Origin: an uncultured Phycisphaerales bacterium
GTDB taxonomy: Bacteria; Planctomycetota; Phycisphaerae; Tepidisphaerales; Tepidisphaeraceae
Assembly (NCBI GenBank): GCA_963755915.1
Contig: CAVWLP010000002.1
Coordinates: 4,896,001-4,960,000, forward strand
Reading direction: 5' to 3'
DNA: 64,000 nt
Shown here: positions 28,047 through 38,516 of the stretch, one piece after another
Position numbering within the stretch: position 1 is the stretch's first letter
Layout: every line of letters begins with the position of its first letter
Program-made: the position numbers and the translations under genes
The notes under the pieces: model-generated
Told to the model about the DNA's origin: nothing
The model's input: only the letters and a program-made list of their open reading frames with translations
The model's database searches: none

Positions 28047-30527
28047 TCACTGCGGGTACGAAACCTTTATCTGACTGTAGATGTTTGCCGCGCCGGTGGC
28101 ACAAACGCCTGTGCCGCTGAAGTCGTTGGGACTAATGGTGGCCTGCATGGAGAGCGTTTGGCTGTCGACGGTGTTGTGAGCTTCGGCGATAAGGGTTGAT
28201 CCACTGACTTTCAGGCTGAGCAAGGTGTTCTGCTTAAAGACGCCGGAGACAACTTGCGTGTCATTCAGCGCCATTCCGGCGCCGCTGGTGATTTTGTAGA
28301 ACTGGTAGGTGCAGGCGGCGGCGGTTTTGGTGGTGCGCCAATAGCGCAGCGAGTAGCCGGTCTGGGTGATCGGATCGTATTTGATAAAGATGTCGCCGTG
28401 ATAGTTGCGGCCTCCGCTGTCGTCCGGCGAGCCGGGGACGGCGAAGACGGTGCCTTCGGTTTTGTCCGGGGTGACGACCAGATCGACCTGCATGTCGCCG
28501 GTTTTTCCGTTTTGGAAATAGAAGAGTTTGTTGCCGGGGTCGCGGGAATTCCGGGCGTTGGTGCCGGCGCGGATGCCAAAGCCGTTGACGAGATTTGGTC
28601 CGGCGACGATGGACCATGCTCCTTCGACCGTCCAGAGCCCCCCTGCCGGCGCGGGGCTGGGGTCTGGGACGAAGTTGCGGAAATTGGGGTTGATGCTTGC
28701 AGACGCGACGTCGGCGGCGGCAATCGGCGCATCGGCCGTCGCAAAGACCGCGGGGCCGGGATCGGAGATGGGAATTTTTGGCTCGAGGCTGACGCGCAGG
28801 AATTTTCCCGCGTCGCCGGGCAGGAGGGTATAGGATTTCAGCGGCTCATTTCCACGGCTGACTGCAACCTGCGTGGCGTTCTTACCAGCGGCGTCATCGC
28901 AGGTAAACCAGGTGATCAGCGACTGATCCTTGCGTTTCCCCAGGTTCAGGGCGTAATCGACGCTGACTGATCCGCCGGCGGGCGGATCGAGTTTCAGGGG
29001 AGAGACCAGTACCGGCGGATCGATAAATTTCGGCTCGACGTAGATCCAGGCGGTGACGTAATAGCCGTTGGATGCGGTGGCCTTGATCGGCACGTACTCG
29101 GCTTCCTCAGTGCTGTTTTTGCCGATGACTTCGATTTTTGGGCCGGTGGAGGTGCTGAGGGAGATGAGGTTGGAGCTGGTTGACCAGGAAATGGTTGGAT
29201 CGGGGGCGTCGCGAGGAATGACTGCCGCGCTCAGTTTAACGCCCGGTCCGCCAGTGCGGATCGTCGGAGCGAACCAGATTGAGCCTGGAGAGGCGATGCC
29301 GAGCCCGAACGGTCCGCCGGCGACGGTTGTGGTCTCGCCGACGCGAAGGGACATGCGATAGACGAGCTTTTCCTGGCCGGCCTTTTCAAATTGCTGGCGG
29401 ACGCCGGCGGGGTCCCAATCGTCGGGCGCGGCGTTGGGGGCGGATCGCAAAAGATTCCAGGGGTCAAAGGCGGGAAGCTCCGGCGGGGACAATTCACGGC
29501 TATAGGTGAAGGTGCGCGGACCGACGGTGGCGTCGTGCACGACGGCGGGGTTTCCGTCTTCGGTTTTGTTGTTGGAGGTGAGCGTAAATTGATTGGGGCG
29601 AGGCGCGGCGATGCCGCGGACCCAGGCGGTGCGGGCTTCGGCGCTGGTGCCGGGGAACTGGCAGTTGATGAAAACGTCGGGGCGGGCGGCGCTGCCGAAT
29701 TCAGCTTTGTAAAATTCCATGGCGCGGTTTGCCTCGAATTTGCAGTTGAAAAAGACGACGTTGGAGGCGGACATTACGCCGCTGCCTCTGGGGTAGACGA
29801 GCATGCAGTCCTGCCAGACGCTGATCTGGCCGCCGCCCATCCAGTCGTCGGTTCCTTCGATATAGACGTTTTTGAAATAGGATCGGGTGGTTCCCAGGAA
29901 CATCGTGTCGAGCCGGCTGAGGATTGCGACGTTATCGTAGACGTGTTTGTCGCCCGCGGCCTGAAGAGCGACGGCCTGGGTGACCGTGGGATTTCGCATC
30001 TTTAGATTTTTACTTGCGTCGCCGGGGTATTCGTAATCGCAGTTGCAGTAGTTGAGGATCGTCAGGTTCCTGACGGTGAAGCCGGTGGCGTTGACGTCGA
30101 GGAGGAAGCCGTCGTCGCCGGCGCCTTCGTCTAGGCCGCGGTTGTCGGCGAGGACGACCGAGCGGCGGTTGTTGGTGAGGCCGAGGAGGGTGATCCAGTC
30201 CTTGGTGATGCTGAGGCTGGGGGCCGGCTCCTCGCTGCCGGTAATGAAATAGACATTGGGCTCAATGCCGATGACGGTCGGATGCGCTTCGGTTCCAGCC
30301 GGCGCGGCGGCGTAGGCGGCCTGGAAGGTTTTGAATTTTTTGTTTGTGGGGTCGTCTTTGGGGAGATTTTCATCTACCAGATAGTCATACGTGAGTTTGG
30401 AGGGGTCGATGGAATTGACGATGGGTTCGGAGCTGCCGCGGACGTTGTCCTGGGCGCGGGCTGGTCGTGCGACTCCAATTGAAATTGCGGATATGCCTAG
30501 AAGTAGAAAAAGGCTCTTGAATTTCAT
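28047..30527 (-). CDS. Secreted pectinesterase-like (CE8 beta-helix) protein with C-terminal Ig-like/ConA-like domains
   Basis: Signal peptide; FKTFQAA, FTVRNLTILN, QAVALQAAGDK, RLDTMF...RSYFKNVYIEGTDDW. Confidence 0.7.
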   Translation of the reverse strand: MKFKSLFLLLGISAISIGVARPARAQDNVRGSSEPIVNSIDPSKLTYDYLVDENLPKDDPTNKKFKTFQAAYAAAPAGTEAHPTVIGIEPNVYFITGSEEPAPSLSITKDWITLLGLTNNRRSVVLADNRGLDEGAGDDGFLLDVNATGFTVRNLTILNYCNCDYEYPGDASKNLKMRNPTVTQAVALQAAGDKHVYDNVAILSRLDTMFLGTTRSYFKNVYIEGTDDWMGGGQISVWQDCMLVYPRGSGVMSASNVVFFNCKFEANRAMEFYKAEFGSAARPDVFINCQFPGTSAEARTAWVRGIAAPRPNQFTLTSNNKTEDGNPAVVHDATVGPRTFTYSRELSPPELPAFDPWNLLRSAPNAAPDDWDPAGVRQQFEKAGQEKLVYRMSLRVGETTTVAGGPFGLGIASPGSIWFAPTIRTGGPGVKLSAAVIPRDAPDPTISWSTSSNLISLSTSTGPKIEVIGKNSTEEAEYVPIKATASNGYYVTAWIYVEPKFIDPPVLVSPLKLDPPAGGSVSVDYALNLGKRKDQSLITWFTCDDAAGKNATQVAVSRGNEPLKSYTLLPGDAGKFLRVSLEPKIPISDPGPAVFATADAPIAAADVASASINPNFRNFVPDPSPAPAGGLWTVEGAWSIVAGPNLVNGFGIRAGTNARNSRDPGNKLFYFQNGKTGDMQVDLVVTPDKTEGTVFAVPGSPDDSGGRNYHGDIFIKYDPITQTGYSLRYWRTTKTAAACTYQFYKITSGAGMALNDTQVVSGVFKQNTLLSLKVSGSTLIAEAHNTVDSQTLSMQATISPNDFSGTGVCATGAANIYSQIKVSYPQ

Positions 30528-30599
30528 CGATCGCTCCTCGCCGCGAAGCTTGTGGCTGCCAGTTCAGGGCAATCGCATTTGGTTCGAGACATGCTGGGG

Positions 30600-30640
30600 G
30601 CCCTCACCCCAGCCCTCTCCCAGATTACTGGGAGAGGGGG
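30600..30640. repeat. REP-like palindrome related to the 19883 and 62653 copies
   Basis: gccctcaccccagccctctcccagattactgggagaggggg with a ccctctcccag/ctgggagaggg stem. Confidence 0.75.
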
Positions 30641-30826
30641 AAAGAGCAGCAAATGCGATTGTCGGGCTCGGAATATACCCGCTACGATGAAGATTGGAGA
30701 CGCGTATGAAACCGAATAAATGGCAAAAAATGGCGAAACTTGGGTATCAAATCACCAGCATGCAGAACTATCTGGGACTGTCTGTCGGTCGCGCGATCAC
30801 ATCCAGCCGGGCGGCATGACTTGCGA

Positions 30827-31966
30827 CTATTTCATCTCCTGCAAATCCACATTCACCACATGCCGCTGTCCCTTGCGGAGGATTTCGATCTGGGTCGTGC
30901 CGCGGCGGTCGGCGATGGCGGCGGCGAAAGCCGTGGCGTCGCCCACGGATTGGCCGGCCAGGGTGAGGATCAAATCGTCGGGCTGTAAGCCGGCCCGCTC
31001 CGCGGCGGAGCCTGGGATCACATTGCGAATGCGGAGAGCCGGCGTGGCGCCGAGGCCGGGAATGGATTGCCGGTCGGGATCATCGGGCGAAAGCGATTCG
31101 ATATAGACGCCGAGGTAGGGACGGCGCACGACGCCGTACTGGATCAATTCGTCGACGACCGGCGCACACCCGGCCGCCGAGATATACCGCCCTTCTTTGG
31201 TAAACCCGGCGATGGTGCCGTCGATGTTTACCAGCGTGGAGACATCCGGCTCCCACCCCTGCCACACGGCCAGACGATTGCCGGCGGGATTCAGCGACAT
31301 CACCAGCATCAATGTTCCCGCCTCGGGGGCGGCAGTTGAAACCGTCGCGGAGGGAAGCTGGATGTTGCCGTTGAGACGCAGGACGGTGAGATCCGCCTGG
31401 CGATCGGAAGCGACGAACGATGCGGTGGCCCAGCGCCCATCGCCGACGGCGACGGGAATCGGCCATTGGCACGCCGCCTGGTCGACGTATCGGGGAACGA
31501 GCAGGTGGTTCTGCCCGTCGACCACGATACCGATTCCGTTTGGCACAAAACGGTCGATGCGTAAAATGATCAGGTGAGGCGATTGCTGCACCGCCTCTGC
31601 TGAAGTTGGTTCAGTCGTCGGACGGATTTCCGCGGTCGAAAAAGGGACGCCCGATGCGCTGTGCTCCATCGCCACCAGGCGCGCCAGCGAGGCTGGATCG
31701 AGCTGCGGGGCCCATTTGGCAAGGGGATCGTCCGGCGGCAGCATGAATGTCGTCGGCATTGGCAACTGCACGCGGACGATGCTCGGGGCGACGTGCTTGA
31801 ACAGGTCCTGGGTTTCGTGGTTTAGTTGCTCGAGCAGAGGCCGGTCGGAGGAATTTTGCGTGGTCTGGCCAGGCGACGATTCGCAGGCGCTGCTAATCAG
31901 TATTGCACAAATCGCGGCGGCGATGCCGCGGGACTTGGGAAAAAACGCAGGTGCCGATTCAGACAT
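30827..31966 (-). CDS. Lipoprotein with degenerate trypsin-like domain and PDZ domain (HtrA-like pseudoprotease)
   Basis: ISSAC lipobox-like motif; GIGIVVDG, DLTVLRL, LVNIDGTIAG; PDZ 'RPYLGV...VIPGSAAERAGLQPDDLIL'. Confidence 0.8.
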   Translation of the reverse strand: MSESAPAFFPKSRGIAAAICAILISSACESSPGQTTQNSSDRPLLEQLNHETQDLFKHVAPSIVRVQLPMPTTFMLPPDDPLAKWAPQLDPASLARLVAMEHSASGVPFSTAEIRPTTEPTSAEAVQQSPHLIILRIDRFVPNGIGIVVDGQNHLLVPRYVDQAACQWPIPVAVGDGRWATASFVASDRQADLTVLRLNGNIQLPSATVSTAAPEAGTLMLVMSLNPAGNRLAVWQGWEPDVSTLVNIDGTIAGFTKEGRYISAAGCAPVVDELIQYGVVRRPYLGVYIESLSPDDPDRQSIPGLGATPALRIRNVIPGSAAERAGLQPDDLILTLAGQSVGDATAFAAAIADRRGTTQIEILRKGQRHVVNVDLQEMK

Positions 31967-31980
31967 GGAGCAATCAGCTA

Positions 31981-32022
31981 AAACTTAGCTACTAAAACTT
32001 CGCTACTAGAACTTAGCTACTA
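31981..32022. repeat. Tandem 3 x 14-nt repeat (aaacttagctacta)
   Basis: aaacttagctacta / aaacttcgctacta / gaacttagctacta. Confidence 0.85.
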
Positions 32023-32594
32023 AAATTTATCTGGGCTGGGAACACCGGTCGAATCGCCCAGACCTGACGAATGGTTCGCCCACTCCTGAATCCATTGCTT
32101 CGCCTCGGCTTCGGAATTGAAGGTGAAGATATTGACGATTTTGCCGTTGCCGTCGCGCATTTCCACGTTCCATTGCCGCGTTAAAGGCGCCCCCATTCCG
32201 GCCGGGACGACGGATTGAGTTCCGCTGGAGGCCAGGCTTGAGATCGGTGTGGCGTACATTCGATCGCGGCCGAGCCAGCCGACGGTGAATCCGAAGAGAA
32301 TCAGGGCCGCGGCCGAAGCGACGATGCGAAGCCCGTTGAAGGCCCACCCCATGATGTCTTCGCGCTGGTGGCCCGCATGATGTTGGCTTCGAGGCGGACC
32401 ATGGTCCTGTCATCCGGCTCCAGGCTGTTCCAAGCCATCGAGCGGAGTGAACTGTCAGCCCTAAGCTGGTCGAGCTCCGTCTTAAGCTCGCGTTCGCTGG
32501 CGAGGCGTCGCCAGAGGCCTTCGCACTCGGCGGTGGGCAGCTCGCCGTCGAGATAGGCATGTAGCAGTTCGAGATCGCTGTCGTTTACCGGCAT
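32020..32594 (-). CDS. Anti-sigma factor, bitopic (frameshift near 32350)
   Basis: LLHAYLDGEL N-terminus; TM 'IVASAAALILFGFTVGWLG' in the second frame; follows the ECF sigma. Confidence 0.8.
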
Positions 32595-32645
32595 AATTGT
32601 CCTTCCTCCGTCCCCGAAATATCTCCCAACCTTTGGCTCCGTCCA

Positions 32646-33188
32646 TTAGACCTGATCGGCATAAGCCCGCAACAGCTCAGCAAGCTGACGGCGGCCGCGA
32701 TGTATCCAGGTTTTGACCTGCGGAATGCTTGCCCCAAGTGTTTCAGCAATCTGGGCATAAGACATCTTCTCATATTCGCAGAGCACCAGAGCCGCCCGGA
32801 AGTTCTCGGGTAAGCGGTCGATGGCGCGTCTGACCTGGAGAACGGTTTCACTTTCGATCATATGACGACTTGGCGACTGTGAAGAGCCGCTGGGGTCGCC
32901 TGCTTCATCCGGCAAAACCGACATGTGAGGCTTTCGCAAAATGCGAAGCGCCTCGTTCACGACGGTTCGCCGCATCAGCCCTCCCGCTTCCCGCCAGTCG
33001 TAACGGTCGCGGTGCTGGTACAGGTTCATAAATGCCTGTTGCACCACATCTTCTGGCGAGGCGCGGGTGCCGACGATGGCCCTGGCAATTGCCAGCATCC
33101 GTCGTGAATGCTGCCGCACGGCACGCTCGAAAAGCTCAGTTGTGCTCTGTGCGGGGGCATCTTGCCGCCCGTTCTCTTCCTGTGACAC
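32646..33188 (-). CDS. ECF sigma-70 factor
   Basis: EDVVQQAF (region 2); LPENFRAALVLCEYEKMSYAQIAETLGASIPQVKTWIHRGRRQL (region 4). Confidence 0.93.
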   Translation of the reverse strand: MSQEENGRQDAPAQSTTELFERAVRQHSRRMLAIARAIVGTRASPEDVVQQAFMNLYQHRDRYDWREAGGLMRRTVVNEALRILRKPHMSVLPDEAGDPSGSSQSPSRHMIESETVLQVRRAIDRLPENFRAALVLCEYEKMSYAQIAETLGASIPQVKTWIHRGRRQLAELLRAYADQV

Positions 33189-33302
33189 GCGCCGACTCCG
33201 GCAAAGTTACAGTGTTTGACTCATTAAAACCCTATACTTACATCTTATCGGTCGTCCTTTGATTTGTCGCGGAAGCTTTCGTTTTAGGAAAGGTAGGAAA
33301 CT

Positions 33303-34301
33303 ATGGGGTCGAACATTACCCCCCGCCGCCAGCTTGGAAAATCGGGGCTGACGGTTTCGGCATTGGGCCTGGGCTGCATGGGGATGTCGGAATTCTATGG
33401 CTCCAGAAATGACGAGGAGTCGATTAACGTCATTCACCGCAGCATCGAACTGGGGATGGATTTCCTCGACACCGCCGACATGTATGGCGTCGGGGATAAC
33501 GAAAAACTCGTCGGTCAGGCCATCCGCGACCGGCGGGATAAGGTGACCCTGGCGACGAAATTCGGGAACGTGCGGGGCGCCGACGGCAGCTTCAAGGGGA
33601 TCAATGGAACCCCCGAATACGTCGCCAGCGCCTGCGAGGCGAGCCTTAAACGCCTTGGAATCGACGTGATCGATCTTTATTACCAGCATCGCGTGGACGC
33701 CAATACGCCCATTGAAGAGACAGTCGGCGCGATGGCAAGGTTAGTGAAGCAGGGCAAAGTGCGGTTCCTCGGCCTCTCTGAGGCAGGCGCCAATACCATC
33801 CGTCGCGCGGCGAAGGTACATCCGATCGCGGCTTTGCAAACCGAATATTCGCTTTGGACCCGGGATGTCGAAGATGAGATTCTTCCCACTTGCCGGGAGC
33901 TGGGAGTGGGATTTGTGGCTTATAGCCCGCTGGGTCGCGGGTTTTTGACGGGGCAGTTCAAAAAATTAGAGGATCTTCCTCCGGGCGATCGCCGACGGGC
34001 GTTTCCACGGTTCCAGGGCGAAAACTTCGAGAAGAACCTGGAACTGGTACGAAAGATCGAGCAGCTTGCGTCAAAGAAGGGTTGTCGGCCGTGCCAACTG
34101 GCGCTCGCCTGGGTGCTGGCGCAGGGTCCGGATATCGTGCCGATACCGGGGACCAAGAAGTTGAAGTATCTCGAGCAGAACGCCTGTGCGTACCTGCAAC
34201 TCAGCGAAGCCGAGCTTCAAGAGATCGACCAGATCATTCCGCATGAACTGTTTGCGGGCCAAAGATATCCGGCCGAGGCGATGGGCGCCCTGAGCCGCTA
34301 A
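33303..34301 (+). CDS. Aldo/keto reductase (YakC/AKR13-like)
   Basis: [53 protein letters not shown]. Confidence 0.95.
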   Translation: MGSNITPRRQLGKSGLTVSALGLGCMGMSEFYGSRNDEESINVIHRSIELGMDFLDTADMYGVGDNEKLVGQAIRDRRDKVTLATKFGNVRGADGSFKGINGTPEYVASACEASLKRLGIDVIDLYYQHRVDANTPIEETVGAMARLVKQGKVRFLGLSEAGANTIRRAAKVHPIAALQTEYSLWTRDVEDEILPTCRELGVGFVAYSPLGRGFLTGQFKKLEDLPPGDRRRAFPRFQGENFEKNLELVRKIEQLASKKGCRPCQLALAWVLAQGPDIVPIPGTKKLKYLEQNACAYLQLSEAELQEIDQIIPHELFAGQRYPAEAMGALSR

Positions 34302-34333
34302 CCTTGTGAATCGGGGGCTGGAGATGAAATCGA

Positions 34334-35776
34334 ATGACGGACCTCAATTGCGTGGCGAGGCGGCTCTGGAGTATCGCCGCCCTTATTTTTCTAGGCACGA
34401 ACATCGCTCGGGCGGACGAATTGAATGCGCCGTCGCCGCAATATCAGGAGCAATACCGCCCGCAATTCCATTTCACTGCTGACAAGGGCTGGCTGAACGA
34501 TCCGAACGGGCTGGTTTTCTTTGACGGAGAATACCATCTCTTCTTTCAATATCGTCCCGATGCCTTAGCGCTAGTGCCGCCGGTGATGTCCTGGGGCCAT
34601 GCGGTCAGTCCTGATCTGGTGCATTGGACGCAATTGGATACGGCGCTCCGCCCTGACGATCACGACGGATGGATCTGGTCCGGCTCGGCAGTCGTCGACT
34701 GGCAAAATACCAGCGGGTTCGGGCGTGACGGAAAGCCGCCGCTCGTCGCGATTTATACGGCCGCGAAAGACCCGTTCGCGCAGGCAATTGCGTACAGCAA
34801 TGATCGCGGCAGAACCTGGACCAAATACGCGGGCAATCCAGTGGTCCCCCACATCGCGAACGACAACCGCGATCCGCACGCATTCTGGTACGAGCCCGCG
34901 AAGCAGTGGGTGATGGTGCTTTTCAAGGACGTGGACAGCACATTTTGCATCCTGAGTTCTCCCGACCTTAAACATTGGGCTGAGCAGCAAGAATTTCAGA
35001 TGCCCGGCTGTGGCGAATGCCCGGATTTCTTTCCCCTGCCACTGGATGGCGAAGCTTCAAAACTGAAGTGGGTTTTCACAGCCGCCAACGGCAAGTATCT
35101 GGTTGGCGATTTCGACGGCCACAAATTCACGCCACAGCAGGAACTGCGCGAGGTCGATTATGGTGGGAATTTTTACGCGGTGCAAACATTCAATGACATT
35201 CCCCCTGCCGATGGACGGCGAATTCAGATCACCTGGATGCGCGACGGACGATATCCCGGCATGCCGTTCAATCAGCAGATGAGTTTTCCCTGCGAACTGA
35301 CCTTGCATTCAACCAACGATGGCCCCCGCCTGTTCCGCTACCCCGTCCATGAAATCAATCTGCTTCATGCGAAGCAATATCACTGGACTGATCTCGTCCT
35401 AACACCCGGCGACAAACCGCTCGACGGCCCAACTGGCGATCTATTCGATATCCAGGCCGACATCGACCCGGGCGATGCCGCCGTGGTCGGTTTGCGAATC
35501 GCCAACCAAACCGTCACATACGAAAGACCAACCGAACTTGTCCGATCCCTGGGGGATGCCCCCTTGCCGTTGGACAAAGGCGCCGTCCTGCACCTTCGCG
35601 TGCTGGTCGATCGCACATCAATCGAAACCTTCGCACAAGATGGCCGCGTGTCCCTGACAAGCTGCTATCTCCCGCCGACAGGCGAAAGCGACACCCCCTT
35701 GTCACTCATCGACAAAGGCGGCACCGCGCGTGTGCATTCGTTGTCCATTTACGAGTTGAAATCGGCGTGGCAATAA
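34334..35776 (+). CDS. Secreted GH32 levanase/beta-fructofuranosidase
   Basis: WLNDPNG, WGHAVS.DLVHW, WSGSAVVD, RDP, ECPD. Confidence 0.95.
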   Translation: MTDLNCVARRLWSIAALIFLGTNIARADELNAPSPQYQEQYRPQFHFTADKGWLNDPNGLVFFDGEYHLFFQYRPDALALVPPVMSWGHAVSPDLVHWTQLDTALRPDDHDGWIWSGSAVVDWQNTSGFGRDGKPPLVAIYTAAKDPFAQAIAYSNDRGRTWTKYAGNPVVPHIANDNRDPHAFWYEPAKQWVMVLFKDVDSTFCILSSPDLKHWAEQQEFQMPGCGECPDFFPLPLDGEASKLKWVFTAANGKYLVGDFDGHKFTPQQELREVDYGGNFYAVQTFNDIPPADGRRIQITWMRDGRYPGMPFNQQMSFPCELTLHSTNDGPRLFRYPVHEINLLHAKQYHWTDLVLTPGDKPLDGPTGDLFDIQADIDPGDAAVVGLRIANQTVTYERPTELVRSLGDAPLPLDKGAVLHLRVLVDRTSIETFAQDGRVSLTSCYLPPTGESDTPLSLIDKGGTARVHSLSIYELKSAWQ

Positions 35777-35779
35777 GAG

Positions 35780-37381
35780 CTAAGCGGGTTCAGCGTGGCT
35801 GGCGGAAACCGGTGACCGGGTGGCCAATCTGAAGTTCCGCCATAGCCACCAAACCAGCGCGGCGAAGGCCACGAGCGCCAGAGCGAACAGAATCTTCATC
35901 AGCGGACTCGTGAAGATGATGAAGAGTGTCGCTGAAAAAGTCGCCCCACCCAGCAGAAGACAAGCAGGCAGCGTCAGAATCCAGGCCAGGGCGATATTGC
36001 GGAGAGTGGCGACCTGCAGGCCGGAGCGATTCGCGGCCATCGTTCCCGCGACACCGGACGACAAGACGTGTGTCGTGCTCACCGGCATTCCAAACATATC
36101 GGCTGCGCCGATCGTCGCCATCGCGACCAGTTCCGCGCACGCCCCCTGCGCGTAGGTCAGATGCTCTTTGCCGATTTTTTCACCGACGGTCACCACGATC
36201 CGCTTCCAGCCGATCATCGTGCCAAATCCCAGTGCGCAAGCGACGGCGACTTTCACCCACGCGGGAATGTATTGCGTGACTCCCGTGAGTTCCTTTTTGT
36301 AGGAGGCGAGCGATGTTGCCTCGGCCGGGTCCTGAATCTGCTTCTGGGCCTGAAGTTTGGTGATGGCGCCGGAGAGGAGATAAAGCCGGCTTCGGACGAG
36401 CTTTCTTTCGTCGCCGGTGAATTCGCTGAAGCTGTTTTTGCCCTCCAGGTCGCGATCCACTTCGCGGTTGACGACGGCCAGGGCGGGGATCGTGTTTTCG
36501 CTGAAAGTGCCCGCGGTCTGTAGATAGTCCGACAGGACACCGGAAGCGTCGTCCAAAGACGGCGCTGAAGCAGCCGCCGTCTGGGTTTCGAGCTGCGCCG
36601 ACCGTCTGGGCCGATTTCTGCAGCTCTCTCAGTTGCCCCGCGCCGGCCTCCATGTTCAGTGCGTACATGCCCGGCAGAATCCCGATCAGGATAAGAACGA
36701 CCAGGCCCATCCCCTTCTGCCCATCGTTTGAACCATGCGCGAAGCTTACGCCGGTGCAGGTGAGAACCAACAGGCGCGGATCGGCATTGGCGGCGGCGTC
36801 CCTTTGGGCGGCGACTTATAGAGCGCGGGATTGCGAATCAGCAGCCTCGCCATCCATAAAAGGAGCGCGGCTCCAACGAAACCCATCAGGGGTGAAATCA
36901 GCAGCGATGAGAAGACCTCGGTGGCTTTGCTCCAGTTAACGCCTTCGCCAAAAACGTGCCCTTTGGAAAGCATCGCGTTGGCCAGTCCAACGCCCATGAT
37001 GGAGCCGATCAGGGAATGCGAGCTGGAGGCAGGAAGGCCGAGGTACCAGGTGCCGAGGTTCCAGAAGATCGCGGAGATCAGCAGCGCGAAGATCATCGCG
37101 AAGCCGGCGTCGGAGCCGATGTTGATGACCAGCTCGACCGGCAATAGCGCGACCACGCTGAAGGCAACCGCGCCGGAAGAGGTGAGGACACCGATGAGGT
37201 TCCAGAGACCCGACCAGACGACGGCAACCCACGGGGGAAGCGTGTCGGTGTAGATAACGGTGGCGACGGCGTTGGCGGTGTCGTGAAATCCGTTGACGAA
37301 CTCAAACCCCAGCGCAAGTCCAAGCGCCAGCACCAGAAAGGCACAGTTACCCATGGAGAGGGAGTCTGCCAGAAGGTTCAT
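35780..37381 (-). CDS. pitA: PiT-family inorganic phosphate transporter (two frameshifts, near 36770 and 36580)
   Basis: FEFVNGFHDTANAVATVIYT, GLPASSSH, SFAHGSNDGQKGMG, GWKRIVVTVGEKIGK.HLTYAQG, PVSTTHVLSSG. Confidence 0.93.
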
Positions 37382-37526
37382 AGAACTGGTGCCATAACCC
37401 TATAGGTTTCTGTGAAAACTTCAAACAGCGTTCAGCCGCTCGCCAGCGTAAGGGAAGCGGTTGCGCGAAGTGTTAGCTTAAGGTTAGAATTGCGCGAAGA
37501 GGAGATTTGCGGGGCTTAATCTAAGC

Positions 37527-38278
37527 CTATTTCTGACTGCTGGTCATTCCATCGCGCTGGATGGGGATGGTGGTTTTTCCGATGGTGATTTTTTGGGCGA
37601 AGAGGATGAGGTGGCCATCGAGTTCGCCGAGCATGCCGGTGGCGGTGATGTAACCCCTGGCGTTGGAGTCGAAAGTGCCTTGGGGGAAGATGAGTCTTTC
37701 ACCGACATCGACGGTGCCGATGGCGCCGGCGTCGGTGCGGAGACGCATGAGCAATTCGGGGGTTGAGTCGCCCATGAGGTCGGCGGCACGGATGCCACAG
37801 ATCCGGCCTTCAAACGTGACCGGCTTGGGGGAGCGGCGTTGCTTGGCTGGGTCGCGGGGGCGGGGACCCACAGGGTTGTATCGTCCGGGGTGGGGGCGGA
37901 GGGAATGTTTGGCGAAACGGCATTGGGCGATGGGGCGCTGGGCTGAGGGACGGAGTTGCTCGCGGAGGGGCCTCCGAAGACGTACTGCGGAACGCTGCCG
38001 CCGACGCCGGGGGCGGACGGGGGCGGAGAGTATTGCCAGTTTTGGTTGGAGGAACCGGCGGAATCGTAGGGGATGGGGACGTAGTCAAAGCGGCCGGTGT
38101 ACCAGTTGAACTGGAAGGGATTGTAATTGTTGCGGGTGCGGAAGTTGTAGGAAGGATTTTCGGGATAGATCGGGCCGACGCGGGTGTCAATCTGGGGCTG
38201 GACCTGCCATTGGGCGAGTGAATAGACCGCGAGAATGCCAATCGTTGCGATGATCAGATAGAGGGTGGATCGATTCAT
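37527..38278 (-). CDS. Exported Pro-rich hypothetical protein with C-terminal OB-fold-like domain (frameshift near 37860)
   Basis: Signal/TM, Pro-rich linker, then PVTFEGRI...GTVDVG...YITATG...FAQKITIG in the second frame. Confidence 0.6.
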
Positions 38279-38516
38279 TTGAATTCCTTTGTGAACGGTG
38301 ATTGTAGGGGGCGATTTTTATTTTGCGGGTGAGGGAAATTTTTTGGTGCTCGGAGGGCATCGGTACAAAAGGTAACACTCCGCAACAAGATGGGAAAGAT
38401 GGGTAATATGGGATATGGTATCTAAGGTATTATGACATTAAGCAACTTCAATCGCAGATTTATAAAGACCGACAAGTTTCGCGCGGAGGCGCTGAGGCTC
38501 GGGCGGGAAGACAGGC

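Noticed and set aside
31981-32022. CRISPR array (also considered for 43430-43571)
   Set aside because: Repeats are contiguous with no unique spacers, too short, and there are no cas genes.
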